Positions 37,701-50,199 of a DNA stretch of 64,000 nucleotides are shown piece after piece. Position numbers and translations under genes: made by a program. How positions within the stretch are numbered: the stretch's first letter is position 1; the number at the start of each line of letters is the position of its first letter. Below the pieces are notes generated by a model. It was not told the origin of the DNA, did not search any database, and saw nothing but the letters and a program-made list of their open reading frames with translations. This DNA comes from Selaginella moellendorffii (taxonomy: Eukaryota > Plantae > Lycopodiophyta): the NCBI RefSeq assembly GCF_000143415.4, contig NW_003314321.1, positions 124,001-188,000 of the forward strand, read 5' to 3'.

Positions 37701-39334
37701 TTAAGCCGAGACACCCTGCATGAATGCCAAGCTCTTCTCGAGTTCCTGAGACATAAGCGTCGCGACTTCCACCTGGGAACACAAATACTTGCTGTGTACA
37801 GGCGAGAAATTTATGGAAAAAACTTACTTTGACTTCCCATCTCCTAATATCCTTCCAGAGCTTCCCAGCTTTGTCTTGTGTCCGCATATAGTCCATAGCA
37901 GTTGGCTGAACAGGCCCGTCTTGGTCTTGGATAGCGGTTAACACAGCTTCGTGGAGCTTCATCTGAAAGGTGTTGCTTTAGAAAGAACAGGACTCGCAGA
38001 ATACGTACTCTTTGAGATTTTTCTGTGACAATGTTCTCCTTGGCAGACTTTATAACCGGCACTCGATCCCGAAGGCAGTTCTTGAGCTCAATTCCTCTAT
38101 CATATGCATTTGTTAGCTCCTTTTGAGTTTCATTCATAGCCTGGGAACCAGAAGCAAGTGAGGAAGAACACTATTCCAACATCCATACATACCTTCGTAG
38201 AGCCCTTCATCACACTTTTGAGGCTTTGTATTCCATTATCTCGTTCCCTCGTACGACTATTAAGCTCGTGGTTTAGAATCTTGATCTGGTCGAAATCCAC
38301 AACGTGCAGAATGTCCTTGAGGTCCTTCTTAGAGGCAAACTGAGTTTCAAGCTCCGTTATTTCTGCCTGTAAGCTGCTGTTCTTCGCTTTGATAGAGTTC
38401 CTGACCACCACCCGCTTTCGAAGCTTCTCTTCAATAAAACTGTAGCAAACAATTCAATCTTTAGAGTGGTTCTCGCTGAGAAAAGTTAGAAAAGATTCCA
38501 AATTTTACCTGAGAATGTCTTGTGAATACGACTTGTTAGCTGGATTGAGTTGCGCCAGCAGCAGAACATCTCTGTAAAAGTCGGACTTTTCCTTCCTTAC
38601 TTCGGCGATGGCCATCTTTGCCTGCTTGAGTATCGCCCGGTAGTCATCAAGAACTCGTTCATTCTCACTGCGCATCTTGTCAAGGTGTTGCTCCAGGAAC
38701 CGGCATTCTTCTTCAGCAATCTCACACTTCTCCTCCATGCTCATCGGTACTGGCGCCTCGGGTGCTACTGCTGGCCCCGCCGCCGCGGTAAACCTCACGG
38801 TACTTCTCGCGGAGCTCGGAGAGGAGCCTCTGGATGATAGGCTGCTCCGTGAAGTCGAGTCCGATCCATTATTTTCACGCTCCTCTGCGGCTTTCTCCAG
38901 GTGGAGTTCCATGCTTCCTTTCCGAGACACCACCACACGCTGCTCAAAAAACCACATTGAAGTTAGACATGATCAATCTCGAGGAAGAAACAAAAAAGAG
39001 AGAATAGATGATAAGCAGCTCTTCATACGTTTGCAAGCAAGCATTCTCAAGAAAAGATCATTGGAGAAAGAAATTTCGGCAGGAAATCCAAATCTCAAAC
39101 GCAAGATCATAGATGATAAGCAGCTCGTTTTACGTTTGCAACCAAGCATTCTCAAGACAAGATCATTGGAGCAAGAGATGTAGGGCAGGAAATCGGCATT
39201 TACTTCTCCCAAATCTCAATATCACTTACCGCAAGGTGTTCCGTGAGCATCGTGTTCTCTACCCGGACCAGATCCTGGCGCATCTGGAGCGCCTTCAGCT
39301 CCCTGATCCTCTCCTCCACCTCGAGGTCGTCCAT
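37701..39334 (-). CDS. CCDC113: Cilia/flagella coiled-coil protein, CCDC113/CFAP263-like, multi-exon
   Basis: VENTML, MSMEEKCEIAEEE, LHVVDFDQIKILN and PTAMDYM...IRRWEVKVEVA (DUF4201-type C-terminus). Confidence 0.8.
39003..39195. repeat. Intronic tandem duplication (about 106-bp period)
   Basis: atagatgataagcagctc...gcattctcaaga-aagatcattggag occurs at 39003 and 39109. Confidence 0.8.
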
Positions 39335-39511
39335 CGCCAAAGATTTCCTCAGTGATTTTTCCCTCCTAGGGTTTATAGCCAAACAGTTTAAAAACGAAGA
39401 ACCTTTAACCCGCTGGAGCCAATGCCGACGTGACACGTGTCGTTCTGGTATCTAGCGAAATATGTGAAAACCTGAACCCTCGAAATTTTGGCTAGGCTAT
39501 CGCAAATCGCG

Positions 39512-40915
39512 ATGCATTTCTCCGAGAGCGATTGGATCGCGTGCTGCGGCAGCTCGAAATTCGCCAAGGAGATGGCCAAGGTCGGGCCTTTCAAGAATCT
39601 TGCCGAGGCGATCGAGATGTCGCGGCAGATATGGTGGAATCAGGTCTGTGCTCGATCCTTTGGGCGAGATCTTGAGGATTATCAGCGCAGGTGGATGTTC
39701 CTGGATGGCTGGAAGCTTTTGGAGCTCATCCAAGGATTGGAGCGCTCAGCAGCAAGTCCACAACAGAGTAATGCGTGAAATTTCTTTCTTATCCCTTTTA
39801 TTTGTATCTTTTTTAGCTGGTGTGCCGAGGAGCAAGCTACAGCACTGAGCAGTGCAAATGATCGAGCACTCAAGGTAGTGAGAATCTTTCTTCTTTTTCT
39901 ATCTTTTTTCTTCGTATCCTTTGTTGGCTAGCTTGATAGGGACTTATATGACGTTCTAGGATCTAGCCGAGTGGAATCGGCTCTACGAATCAAAATTTGG
40001 CTTCGTGTTCCTTGTCTGTGCAACTGGAAAGAGTAGCTCGGAGATTTTGCAGCTTCTCAAGGTGTGCTATTCTTTCCTTGATCTTTGCTTCGAGCTTTGT
40101 TTTACTTCTCAAGGGACGAATCACAAATAGACCCTTGGTTGAGCTCCAAGTTGCTGCAAACGAACAACAAAAGATCACAGAACTACGGTTGTCAAAGCTC
40201 GTCTCACAGAACACTGCTCCTGGTAATGTACTAGTCTTTATCCTTTATCGAGAACCAGATCCAGCTAGAGATTTGCCTCTTGTTTCTAGGTGGTGACCAG
40301 AACACTTCCAAGTTGAGCCTTTCGGAGCAGAGACTAGATCATGAAAAACCTCTCGACTCTCCTCTAAGCCGCGAAGAATCTGGTACTTTTCGGACTGGTA
40401 ACATAGACTTTTGTTTCTTCGTTTCGCTTCGAGTGTCATACCACATTCTCTTAACTAAACTCGCCATGCCTGTTCCTATAGGTGACGCAAAAGCTGACGG
40501 ACGGCTCAGCAAGATCGAAGCTCACGTCTCTGGTCAGCAGCCGCAACCATCTCTCCGCCCCCCAATCACAACGCACGTCTTGGACGTTTCTCTGGGAAGA
40601 CCAGCTGCCGGCTTGGAAATCTCGCTGGAGCGTCTCGAGGACACGTCTTGGATGCCGCTGGGAACATCGGTGACAAACCAGGATGGACGCTCGGGTCCTC
40701 TAATGCAAGCCTCGGAGCGAGTCGCCGCTGGAGTTTACAGGCTGACTTTCAACACTGGCAAGTATCTCTCCTTCACGGCGAGCAGCGACGGCGCTGGGCC
40801 ATTCTATCCTTACGTTTGCATCATCTTTGACATCAAGCCGCCACAGGAGTTCCAGCACTTTCACGTCCCTTTGCTGCTGTCGCCCTTCAGCTTCACGACT
40901 TACCGAGGAAGCTGA
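39512..40915 (+). CDS. TTL: Bifunctional OHCU decarboxylase / HIU hydrolase (transthyretin-like), multi-exon
   Basis: ACCGSSKFAKEM, WLEAFGAHPRIG, KFGFVFLVCA, PITTHVLDVSLGRPAAG and the C-terminal HFHVPLLLSPFSFTTYRGS. Confidence 0.95.
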
Positions 40916-40950
40916 GAGCTTGGGAGAACTTTGTTCTCGTTCATACAAAA

Positions 40951-43900
40951 CTATGGCTTGACATTGTCGACCGGTGGGCGCTGGAGGTGATGCTTTGTGA
41001 CTTTCTGGAAGGCCATTGCCAGTGCCAAAACCTGTGAAGCTCTCACGATATAAATAAATGGTCTCTGGAAAGATCTGTTTGCTTACCTCCGAGTCGCCGT
41101 ATGGTCGGGCATATATCCCCGCGGTCACTGTGGTTCTCCGCCGAGTTCCTTCCGGTGGTGGATTTTGAATGCTTTTCAAGCCGGCTGGGATGATGGCCAC
41201 TGGCATTCCCACGAGATTGCCCACGGCAACTTTCTCCCAGTCTGTAGCGTTTCCTATAAATGCGTCAATGCCTTTCAGTGCTTCTAGCACCTCGGAGATG
41301 AGCTTGTGACGTGCTCGCTGTGCCTGCGAAAGTTCATACGTTAGAAGCTACAAGAAAAGAACGAGAAGAACGAAGGGGAGTTCTTGTCTACCTGGACGTA
41401 ATCGACTGCCGAGATGAGACGCGCTCGTCGGAGCTCAACTGGCCACTGATCCTGTGCTTCGTACGCGTCGTCGAGGCCAGCGCGCTGCCAGTGATCGAAA
41501 TGTGCCAGCATATCGACATCCATGGTGAAGTTTAGAATCTGCTGCGCGGAGTCGACGCTGTATTTTAGATCGAATGGTACCATCTTCACACCTTGCTCTT
41601 TTAAGATACGCACAACCTGCGAAACATAGAAAGTTTTTAACGAAACGCTTTGGAACACTTACTTCCATCTCTGCATCCGGCAAATAGCCGACAGTCAGCT
41701 TCTTCGCATCAATCGAGAACGGATCCTTTAGCTTGATGTTCTTCGAGGAGAGATCGCGAGGATCTTTTCCACGTAGTACATCTAGCACGATAGTACAATC
41801 CTCGATGCTTCTACCAAACGGACCGATCTTATCCTGCCAAACACCAACTTAGAATACCGAAAACAAAAAAACATACACACACAAGCACGTATACTTACCA
41901 GGCTCTCTGATAGGCTCATAATTTGCCATCGGCTCACCATTCCGAATGTTGGCCTGAAGGCCGTCACTCCAGTTCGAGCAGCAGGATAAGATATTGAGCC
42001 TGCTGTCTCCGATCCAATAGCAAAAGGAATGGTTCCTACAAAGCAAAAAAAACTAAAACCAGAAAAATCACCGAACTCAACGAACCAGCAGATGTGGCCG
42101 CGGCAGGTCCGCAAGAAGATCCAGTTGAAAATTCCTCAATATTCCAGGGATTTCTCGTCCGACCTCCAAACCAAATATCGTCGTAAGCAAGGGAGCCCGT
42201 AGCCAGTTTCGCTATTAGCACAGCTCCAGCCTCTTTGAGTCTGCCAAAACTCTTTGCTTGAACAGCAATGCAAGTTTGATCACAAACCTGGTATAAACAA
42301 ATGCTTCCTCGTTGAAGAACTGGTCCTTAAAACTTGTGCTTCCCCAAGTGGTTCTGTACCCTGGAACCGCAATTGTGTCCTTCAAACCATAAGGAATTCC
42401 GTGCAATGGTCCTGCCAACGAGTTAGTTAACTATTTCTTCCATGCGCAAAATAACTGCTAACCCAAATAAGTTCCTTGCTGTAGTAGTTTGTCAGCCGCT
42501 AACGATTGCGCTTGTGCTAGCTCCTCTGTATATGTTACAACAGCTTTGAGAGTACTGTCATACCTGTGTAGCAAAAGAAACTTAATTGTCTAGCCTTCGT
42601 AGAAGAGTTCGGATTACCTCTTCAGCCGTTCAGAAAAAACTTTCACAAGTTCCACTGAGGTCACCTGCTTGCTCTTGAGGAGTGCCCCGAGCTCGAGAAT
42701 CTTGTACAACAAGAAAAGAAAACACGCTGTTAGATGGAAACCAGAACATTTTTGCAAGAACTTACGGTCATGAAAGCGAGGTCCTCGTCTGTAGAAGGCC
42801 GACTAATGCCTGAAGCAAGTGAAGGGTAGGAAAACTTCGTGTCCGGACCCGTAAAGTCTGCCTCGTTCATACTTGGATCAAAGACTAGCACGGGGGCATT
42901 CGTTAGTCCGCCATCCGGATAACCAACCTGGTTCCTATTCCTTTGAAAGCCAGGAATGTTCAAGGCTTTGGCTCCTTCGGCCATTTCTTGCCTCTGTGCC
43001 GTAGAACCAGTTAACGTTAGCCAGAAAATAAAAGATAACCTTTGTAACGTTGAAAAAGTCGGCATCTGTGAGTTTGAGAGCGCTTAAAACAGCCTCAGCA
43101 TCCAGCGAGACATCGGAGGATAAACCACTTTCCGGATCAACGCTTCCCAATACATTATCTATCAGATGCATCATTCCGTTTCCAACACGTACGTTTGCCA
43201 CGATAACAGCAGCGTTTCCAATGCTTGCATGGCCAGTCTCATTCTTAACGAGCTGAGAATCAGAAGCAACACTTACTCCAAGCAAAGGAAAAATCCATAC
43301 CTTTTCCACAGAGTCTCCGAGAAAGTGAAGAAATGACTCCTTTGCAGAACTATCCAGCGACAAATTACCATCGACCACTGAAAGAAGAGTTGAGCATGAG
43401 AAAGAACGAATAGGAAACACCACCATGATTTAGAAGCAACTTGTTGAGGCTTGTAGAAGAGAGAAGCTGATCGAGAGACGAACAACGATTCACGTTGTAG
43501 TGATTCGTAACGCACGGAAGAAGCCTTTTGTGCAAAACACTCTCGAAAGCACTATCTGTTGGTGCAAAGAGAGTGAGGCATTTCTCATGGTCGGACATAA
43601 ACTCCCTGAGCTTCGCTCTCTCAATTGCCTGCCTCAAAATTCTCTGCCAAGAACAAATTTTGTGAGCCGATGATGCAAAAGAAAGAACCACCTTCTTAAA
43701 ACTTACCAGGTTGGAATACTCGGAGATCTCCGAGAAGATTGTAGCAGCGCCCGAGGGAGCCGCCTTGAGATTGCGCGTGAGATTGCCGATGAGCCCAGAC
43801 GCTGCGGCTGTCACTGCCAGGACGAAGACCAGCACATTTGAGGCAAATCGAGGACTAATCAGGAATTCAACGCAGCGCTGCTTTGGCGAGCGATCCATTG

Positions 43901-43992
43901 GCGACACTGTAGCGATTGACTGACCTAAACAGCATCAGAGAAGGGAAAAGAAATGTGGCCTCACTTGTTTTGTCCGCCGCCCTAGGGCTCAT
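40951..43992 (-). CDS. Amidase-signature protein with N-terminal fasciclin (FAS1) domain, many short introns
   Basis: FAS1 motifs LTLFAPTDSAF and MHLIDNVL. Amidase motifs GPLHGIPYGLKD, TGSSCGPAAA and AIGSETAGSISYPAA. Confidence 0.88.
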
Positions 43993-44247
43993 CTCCCGCC
44001 ATTTACAAGGTACAAGTGGAGCAGTAATAATAGAAAGGTTATTAGAGTAAGCATATTCGAGAATCTCTTAACTTAGACATGGAATATGCTCTGTCGTTTA
44101 AAAACTTTGCTGATTTTGTCGGTCCTGTTTCTTCATTAATGGCATTAAATTCGGGTCTCCTTCACTCGCTTAATTCCTTGCCTTCGAGTTCTAACAGGCA
44201 GAAAGGATGTTCTTCAAACAATCACACAAGAGATGAAAGATTGAGCA

Positions 44248-46381
44248 ATGGTTCTTTCCAGATTAGTTTTTGTGGCACTTTGGTACCTTCATGCGCATTC
44301 CCTGGACGACATTGAAGCCGTGCTGGATGAAGCAGCGTTCCAGGTACAAGAGATTGCTAGGCAGGCCATTTCAAATCGGGAGAATGCTTGCGGTATAGTA
44401 AAGAGCTGCACAAGAATGCTAGTATTATTGATTGATCGTTTCTCGTCTCAGGATCTCTATCCCAATGTACAATCGAAAATTGCTCAAGGCACACTTGTAG
44501 ACCGCAGTCCAGGGATGAGATCCAATCTCTCTCGTGCGTCAATGTGGGTCATAATCTAGATTGCTCCACTCCCACTAATGGGACATGCCAGAACTTGAGC
44601 GTCTCGAGCAAGAGATCATACATTAGGTTCTCTCCATTTTTTATCTGTCACAGAACTTCTTTGGGGTTTTCAACAGGCTCTCACCATCGGCATTGGAGAG
44701 TGACACTGATGTTAAGATTGCTATGTGTGCCCAAAAGTCCCTGGATCGTAAACTTCAACTCGCATGGAAAAGCACCAGCAAAGTCTCTCATGGCTGGGTT
44801 TTTTTTGGAGGCGCCGAAGGATACTTGTACATCTATCCAGGCAGGGTAAGCTCCATGATTTATTTAATCTCCATCTGTACTATGATGGTTTAGGACTATA
44901 CCGACGACCATCAATGCAAACTCTATGATCCAAGGAAAAGGCCATGGTATGTGCATGCCTTGGCGGTGGTGAAATCACTCTACATTGTTTTAGACACATC
45001 GTCGTCCATGAGCATTTCCATCGGCCCTTTGTCATCTCAAAGCCGCCTAGCAGTGGCCAAGGGGATTCTGGACGAGCTTCTCGACACTCTTACCAATGGG
45101 GACCAAGTAATTGTGTCAGATATGAATGGAGGCAAACCATTTGGAGGAAAACCAGTAAGTATCTCATCCTATTATTTATTAATTTCTATGAGTTTTCATT
45201 TTCCAGGTCTCGGTTTCACTTGAGGGCTTAGAGACATCCTTCGATCATGCTGGAATCTCAGCTCTCAAAAACGCAATAAGCAATGCAAGAGCGGACAAAT
45301 TACAAACCGATATTAAGAAAGCATTCGTCGGGGCTCTTGACTTCTTCAACTCAAGCTCAAACTTGAATGTACGTAAACTCGAGCTCTTTCGTTAGTTAAT
45401 TGCAACAATTTTCCAGGTTATACTCCTCTTAACAGATGGCCAATTTGCCAACCATGTCAACCTGACGGATTTGGATCCAATTTTCAAGCAGCTTAACGAG
45501 AAAAACGTTGTGGTTTTCGTGTACAGGATTGGTTTCTACATTTCCAACGATGAAACTTTCCAGAGAATGCAATTCAGCCTCAACATAAGCTTCGAAGCAG
45601 TAAAAGATGAAACCAATCCTCTCATGAAGATACGCAGCTACTTGGACTATTTAGCTTGGCTCCGTTTCAGCAGTGTCAACAGAAAGCCAGTGTGGGTGCC
45701 ATTATATGCTGATTCAGGTGGTCGCAATGTTACAAGCTCGATCTTGCCAGGTAAAAAGAAAACCACGAAAACGGTGTTTCTGGGTATTGTAACTTTGTTT
45801 TCTAGCTTTTGATGCCACCCAACGATTGATCGGAGTTGCCTGCATCGATATTGTCACCGACGATCTCATCAACAGCTTGGGTCTTGCAGTCGTTCAAGAG
45901 GCTGTCTCTAAGAGAAGCCCGGGTCCATCTCTAGAGCAAAAACCTCTCACATTGAAAAGTTCTCACCCAGTAAGCTTTGACAATCTTCCAGAGAATGATC
46001 TTATTTATAATCCTTTGTTTCACAGGTTCTAGAGGCAACCACAGGGTGTGATTTTGCTGGTTCGCTGACTCCAATCTGTCCAAGACAGGAGTTCTCCACA
46101 CCAATGGCTGACTTTATATGTTGCGGAGCAAACTGTTCTAGCAGTAACGTCACTGCGACTTCTTCTTTGGGAAAGCATTACAGGATTGGCGAGACAATTG
46201 GTATTATTGTAGGATCCATGGCTGCTCTAGCTGTTGCTCTTGCTGGGATTTACTATGCTTGCTGGCGAACAAAGCCGTGCCCGGATCCAACTCAAGGATT
46301 GGAGGAACAAAACGGGGACGATTGGGTGATCCCGTCACGAAGGATAAAAGCTAGATCGGGACGAGGAGCTACCACCTCTTG
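44248..46381 (+). CDS. VWA + Cache domain single-pass membrane protein (alpha2-delta/CACHD1-like), multi-exon
   Basis: Signal peptide, YDPRKRPWY, IVLDTSSSM (MIDAS DxSxS), ILLLTDG, VWVPLYAD, IGVACIDI and a C-terminal TM helix. Confidence 0.85.
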
Positions 46382-46643
46382 ATCCCTTCATGAAGGATAA
46401 CGGGATGAGGAGTTACCACCTCTTGATCTCATCAAGGTTGCTAAGATTTAAAGATTTGTTTAAATTTATTTTCATAAAACAAATGTTACAAGATTGATTT
46501 GTGTAATGCCTACAATCTCATTTGCATTTAAAAAGGTGATGAGTGGAAACAACTCCCCCCACCATTATATCACTGGAAATATGTTGAAAAAGTTAAAGGT
46601 AAAAAATTCCTGGCCTCTTATGGAATATATGCCATTTATAGTG

Positions 46644-47939
46644 GTGTAGTTTGGCAAGAGAGGATAAAAATAGATTTTTGGAACTTTTTGGTTTGCTTAA
46701 GCAAATCTAGGACTGGGATATCCCTAGAATATGCTTGAATATTCTAGGATTTTCTACAATTTAATGGTTCTTATTCATTTAGATTAATTTTGTATTTATA
46801 ATTTATAAACTTTCTTAAACACTTCTTAGTATATTCTATTTTATTCTACCATTTAATTGGTTGATATGCAATAAAATTAATCTTGTGTTTATAAATTATA
46901 AATATGCTTATAATTATAAACTTTTATTTGATCAATTGAATTAATAAGTAGGAATAACACTACTATTAAGCAAACCAAACATTGCTACATGCAACACATA
47001 ACAAATTATTAACTCATAGAGATAAAACCTATCTTCTATAACCTGTCTGTGCTAAGAAGAAAAGCTAGTGAGAAATAACTAAGATTAGAAGAACTGACAT
47101 ATGGTGCCAAGATTGCACAAATGCACATAAATAAATTCACATGCAAACAGAAGGATTGCCTATGTTATCAAGGTTAAGCTGGATCCAACTGTTAAGTTGG
47201 TTAACTTACTTGGTTAAGTTGGATTAACTTATATATATAGAAGATCCATCTCGCAATTCTTGGTGAGTGATGTTAAATCTTTTATTTACTACACTTTTTA
47301 AGCATGCACAAGTTAAAGAAATCATTTTCTTGCAACTTGAAACTGATTGCTATGGTCTTATAATAGTTTTGGCAACAAGAAGTAAAGATATCATTGTACA
47401 ATTTTTATAATGGAAAATTATGGGAATTGGGCATGAAAAGAATTCAGCTCTAGTGTGGATTAAATGGTCTGTGCTAGGAATAATTGATCACATTATAATC
47501 TATATAAAAAACTATATAATGTACGAGCTCTAGAAAACTATTTGGATAATCATTTTAAACAATGTCTCAGTGAATAAATTTCTATGCATTGCATGTAATA
47601 ATGTTTGGTTTGCTTAATAGTAGTGTTATTCTTACTTATTAATCCAATCAATTAAATAAGTTTTATAATTATAAGCATGTTTTTAATTTATAAACACATG
47701 ATTAATCTTATTGCATATCAACCATTAGATGGTAGAATAAAATAAAATATACTAAGAAGTGCTTAAGAAATTTTATAAATTATAAATAAGTATATAATTT
47801 ATAAATACAAGATTAATCTAAATGAATAATAACCGTTAGATGGTAGAATATCCTAGAATATTCTAGGTATATTCACTACCATCTCAGTCCCTTTACATGT
47901 TTGCTTAAGCAAACCAAAAATAATTCCAAACTATACATT
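46644..47939. mobile_element. Foldback / non-autonomous long-TIR element (about 300-bp inverted repeats, about 600-bp spacer)
   Basis: 46688-46994 is the imperfect reverse complement of 47589-47917. Confidence 0.8.
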
Positions 47940-48544
47940 ATCTGTGTTTTCTTATATAATCATATGACTATTTTTCACTCTATATAGTTTTCACATAATT
48001 TTTTACATACAAAAGTTACCACATGGATAACCATACACTAATTTGCACTTAACATAAAGAAAACCATATAAAATCCAAAATTCACATTAGTAGGCTTATT
48101 ATATATAACTGGGATAGTGATCACCAACACTTGGCTTGTTACATCTTGGCTAGTTGAGCAATCAACTAGGAGTATAACTACACTACTCTTCTTGTGTTAA
48201 AACTTCTTATAAATATAAACATCACTACTCTATGATACACCTATTTTAGTCACATATATTATCTAGGACTTTAATAGTATGTGGAAATGGAGGGGTTTCA
48301 CATGATGAAGAGGATATTTGAGATGTCATTTGTAATATAGCAATAAACGTTGAGTAAGTTTAAATGGATAAAATCATAACTGTTAGATTAAAAAATATTC
48401 TAGAATATGCTTGAATATTTGGAGTTTTGATACGACATTGAAGTTGACTTAGTGAAAATAATTACAAGGACACAAATGAAAATTAATGATATATTCTTTA
48501 TTTAAGGCTTCTACCTTGTAAGAATTTTTTCATACACTTAAGAA

Positions 48545-49528
48545 ATGAGTAATTTCTTTATTTATGGGTTTTTAATTATAAGTGTTATGTCCTTTACTAA
48601 ATCTCAACATGATCCATGTACAAAAGATTCAGATTGTATTTCAGGTCATCACTGCAAAGATTCTAATTGTGTTAAAAACAAAAAATGTTTTCCAGGTATG
48701 GTTTACTTTATCATATAAATTCATAATTATAATATCGAGGATGCTATCTTAAGACTTTCTAATGGTAAAAGACGAAAAATAAAGGATATTTCTATAGGAG
48801 ATAAGGTCTGTAATATTATTGACCTTGGTCACTTAATCTTAATTTTAACTATTGTAATTACGTTGCAATCCGAAATAGAGATGGCAAGCTGATATCATAA
48901 AGATATTGAGGCTTATGAAGAATTTATCCATATTAATACTGAGAATAATAAGAGTATTGAGTTATCCACATTGCATTTCATACCAACTAAAAGTAAGAAT
49001 TTTTCATTACTATTCTAATACTCTATTTTAGATTCAAAATCAATATTTTATAAATATGCAAATGATATTACTTTAGCTGATATATTATTAGCTTTGGATG
49101 AGCAATCAGGGGAGCTATTACCTCACAATATAACAGGTAAATACACGTAACATTTTTTAAAATTTTAATGTACTTGTTTTACAGAGATTAATATTATAAA
49201 AATGTATGGCCATTACAATCCATTTACATTATCTGGTGATTTAATTATAAATGATATTGTAGTATCAACTCATAGTGACTGGTTTTTAGATGGTATATTT
49301 GGATATTTAAATTTAATTTATTTATTACTTGATGTGTATCATATTGTATTATTTCCTATTCAACTCTTATATAGGAATTCAACTATAGATATTTATTTGC
49401 AAATATACAGCTTTATAACAAGCAATGACACCATGATTAATAACATTGGTTCTGTTATGGTAACTATAGTTTTATGGATGTTCATTTGGAAAAACAATAC
49501 TGACAATAAAGAAATTAAATATAACTAA
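48545..49528 (+). pseudogene. Secreted Cys-rich peptide + Hint (hedgehog/intein, Hog-type) domain + hydrophobic tail; probably disabled
   Basis: Signal peptide, CTKDSDCISGHHCKDSNC, then CFP|DAILRLSNGKRRKIKDISIGDKV...IELSTLHFI...YANDI...GHYNPFTLSGDLIINDIVVSTHSDW. The first splice acceptor and exon 3 appear damaged. Confidence 0.8.
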
Positions 49529-50029
49529 TGTAATATATAATTATTATAATGTAATTAATAAGGTAAAATTAAAGACTCCTCTCTAAGGGATTTTAATATT
49601 CTCTATACTTTTCTTGCTAATAATTTGCTGTACCATATAGTATTGCTGTGAGGAAAAAATAATTTATATTTATCAATTCTTAAAATCATATGTAACTCAT
49701 TCTTACTAAATAATCTTAAATTTGAAAGTATAGAAGGATATTTTGAATCTTGCTTCATTGTCTTAGATCTTTATATATTCTACTTAACTACAAGTTTCTA
49801 AAATAAGATTATAGACAACATAAAGATGGAGGTAATAAAAATATATTTCCTAAGCTGTCATATTCAATCAATCAATTATGCAAAATATAATGCTCAGCTT
49901 TTGCTCTTGGGTGAGCCATCTCTCACTAGAATTCTCCTATACAAGAGTCATCAACCATCTATTGTTTCAAAGATCTCAACCATAGTATATAATCTTTTTT
50001 ATAGTCAGAATTTATATTTGTATTGAGTT

Positions 50030-50155
50030 TTTTTTTTTAATACTCTCGAATAGGATTAATTGTTGCTTGAGCACAAGGATTAAAGAAAGATATCATTGAG
50101 ATTCTATATAAACTACAATTCACTAGGAATAATAATCTTGAATACTCCATTAATT
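50030..50155 (-). pseudogene. Remnant of a 2-ODD last exon
   Basis: ttgttgcttgagcacaaggatt-aagaa matches 24744-24772. Confidence 0.6.
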
Positions 50156-50199
50156 ATAAATATTAAGCACAATTTATGTGTGTATAGAATGGAATACAT

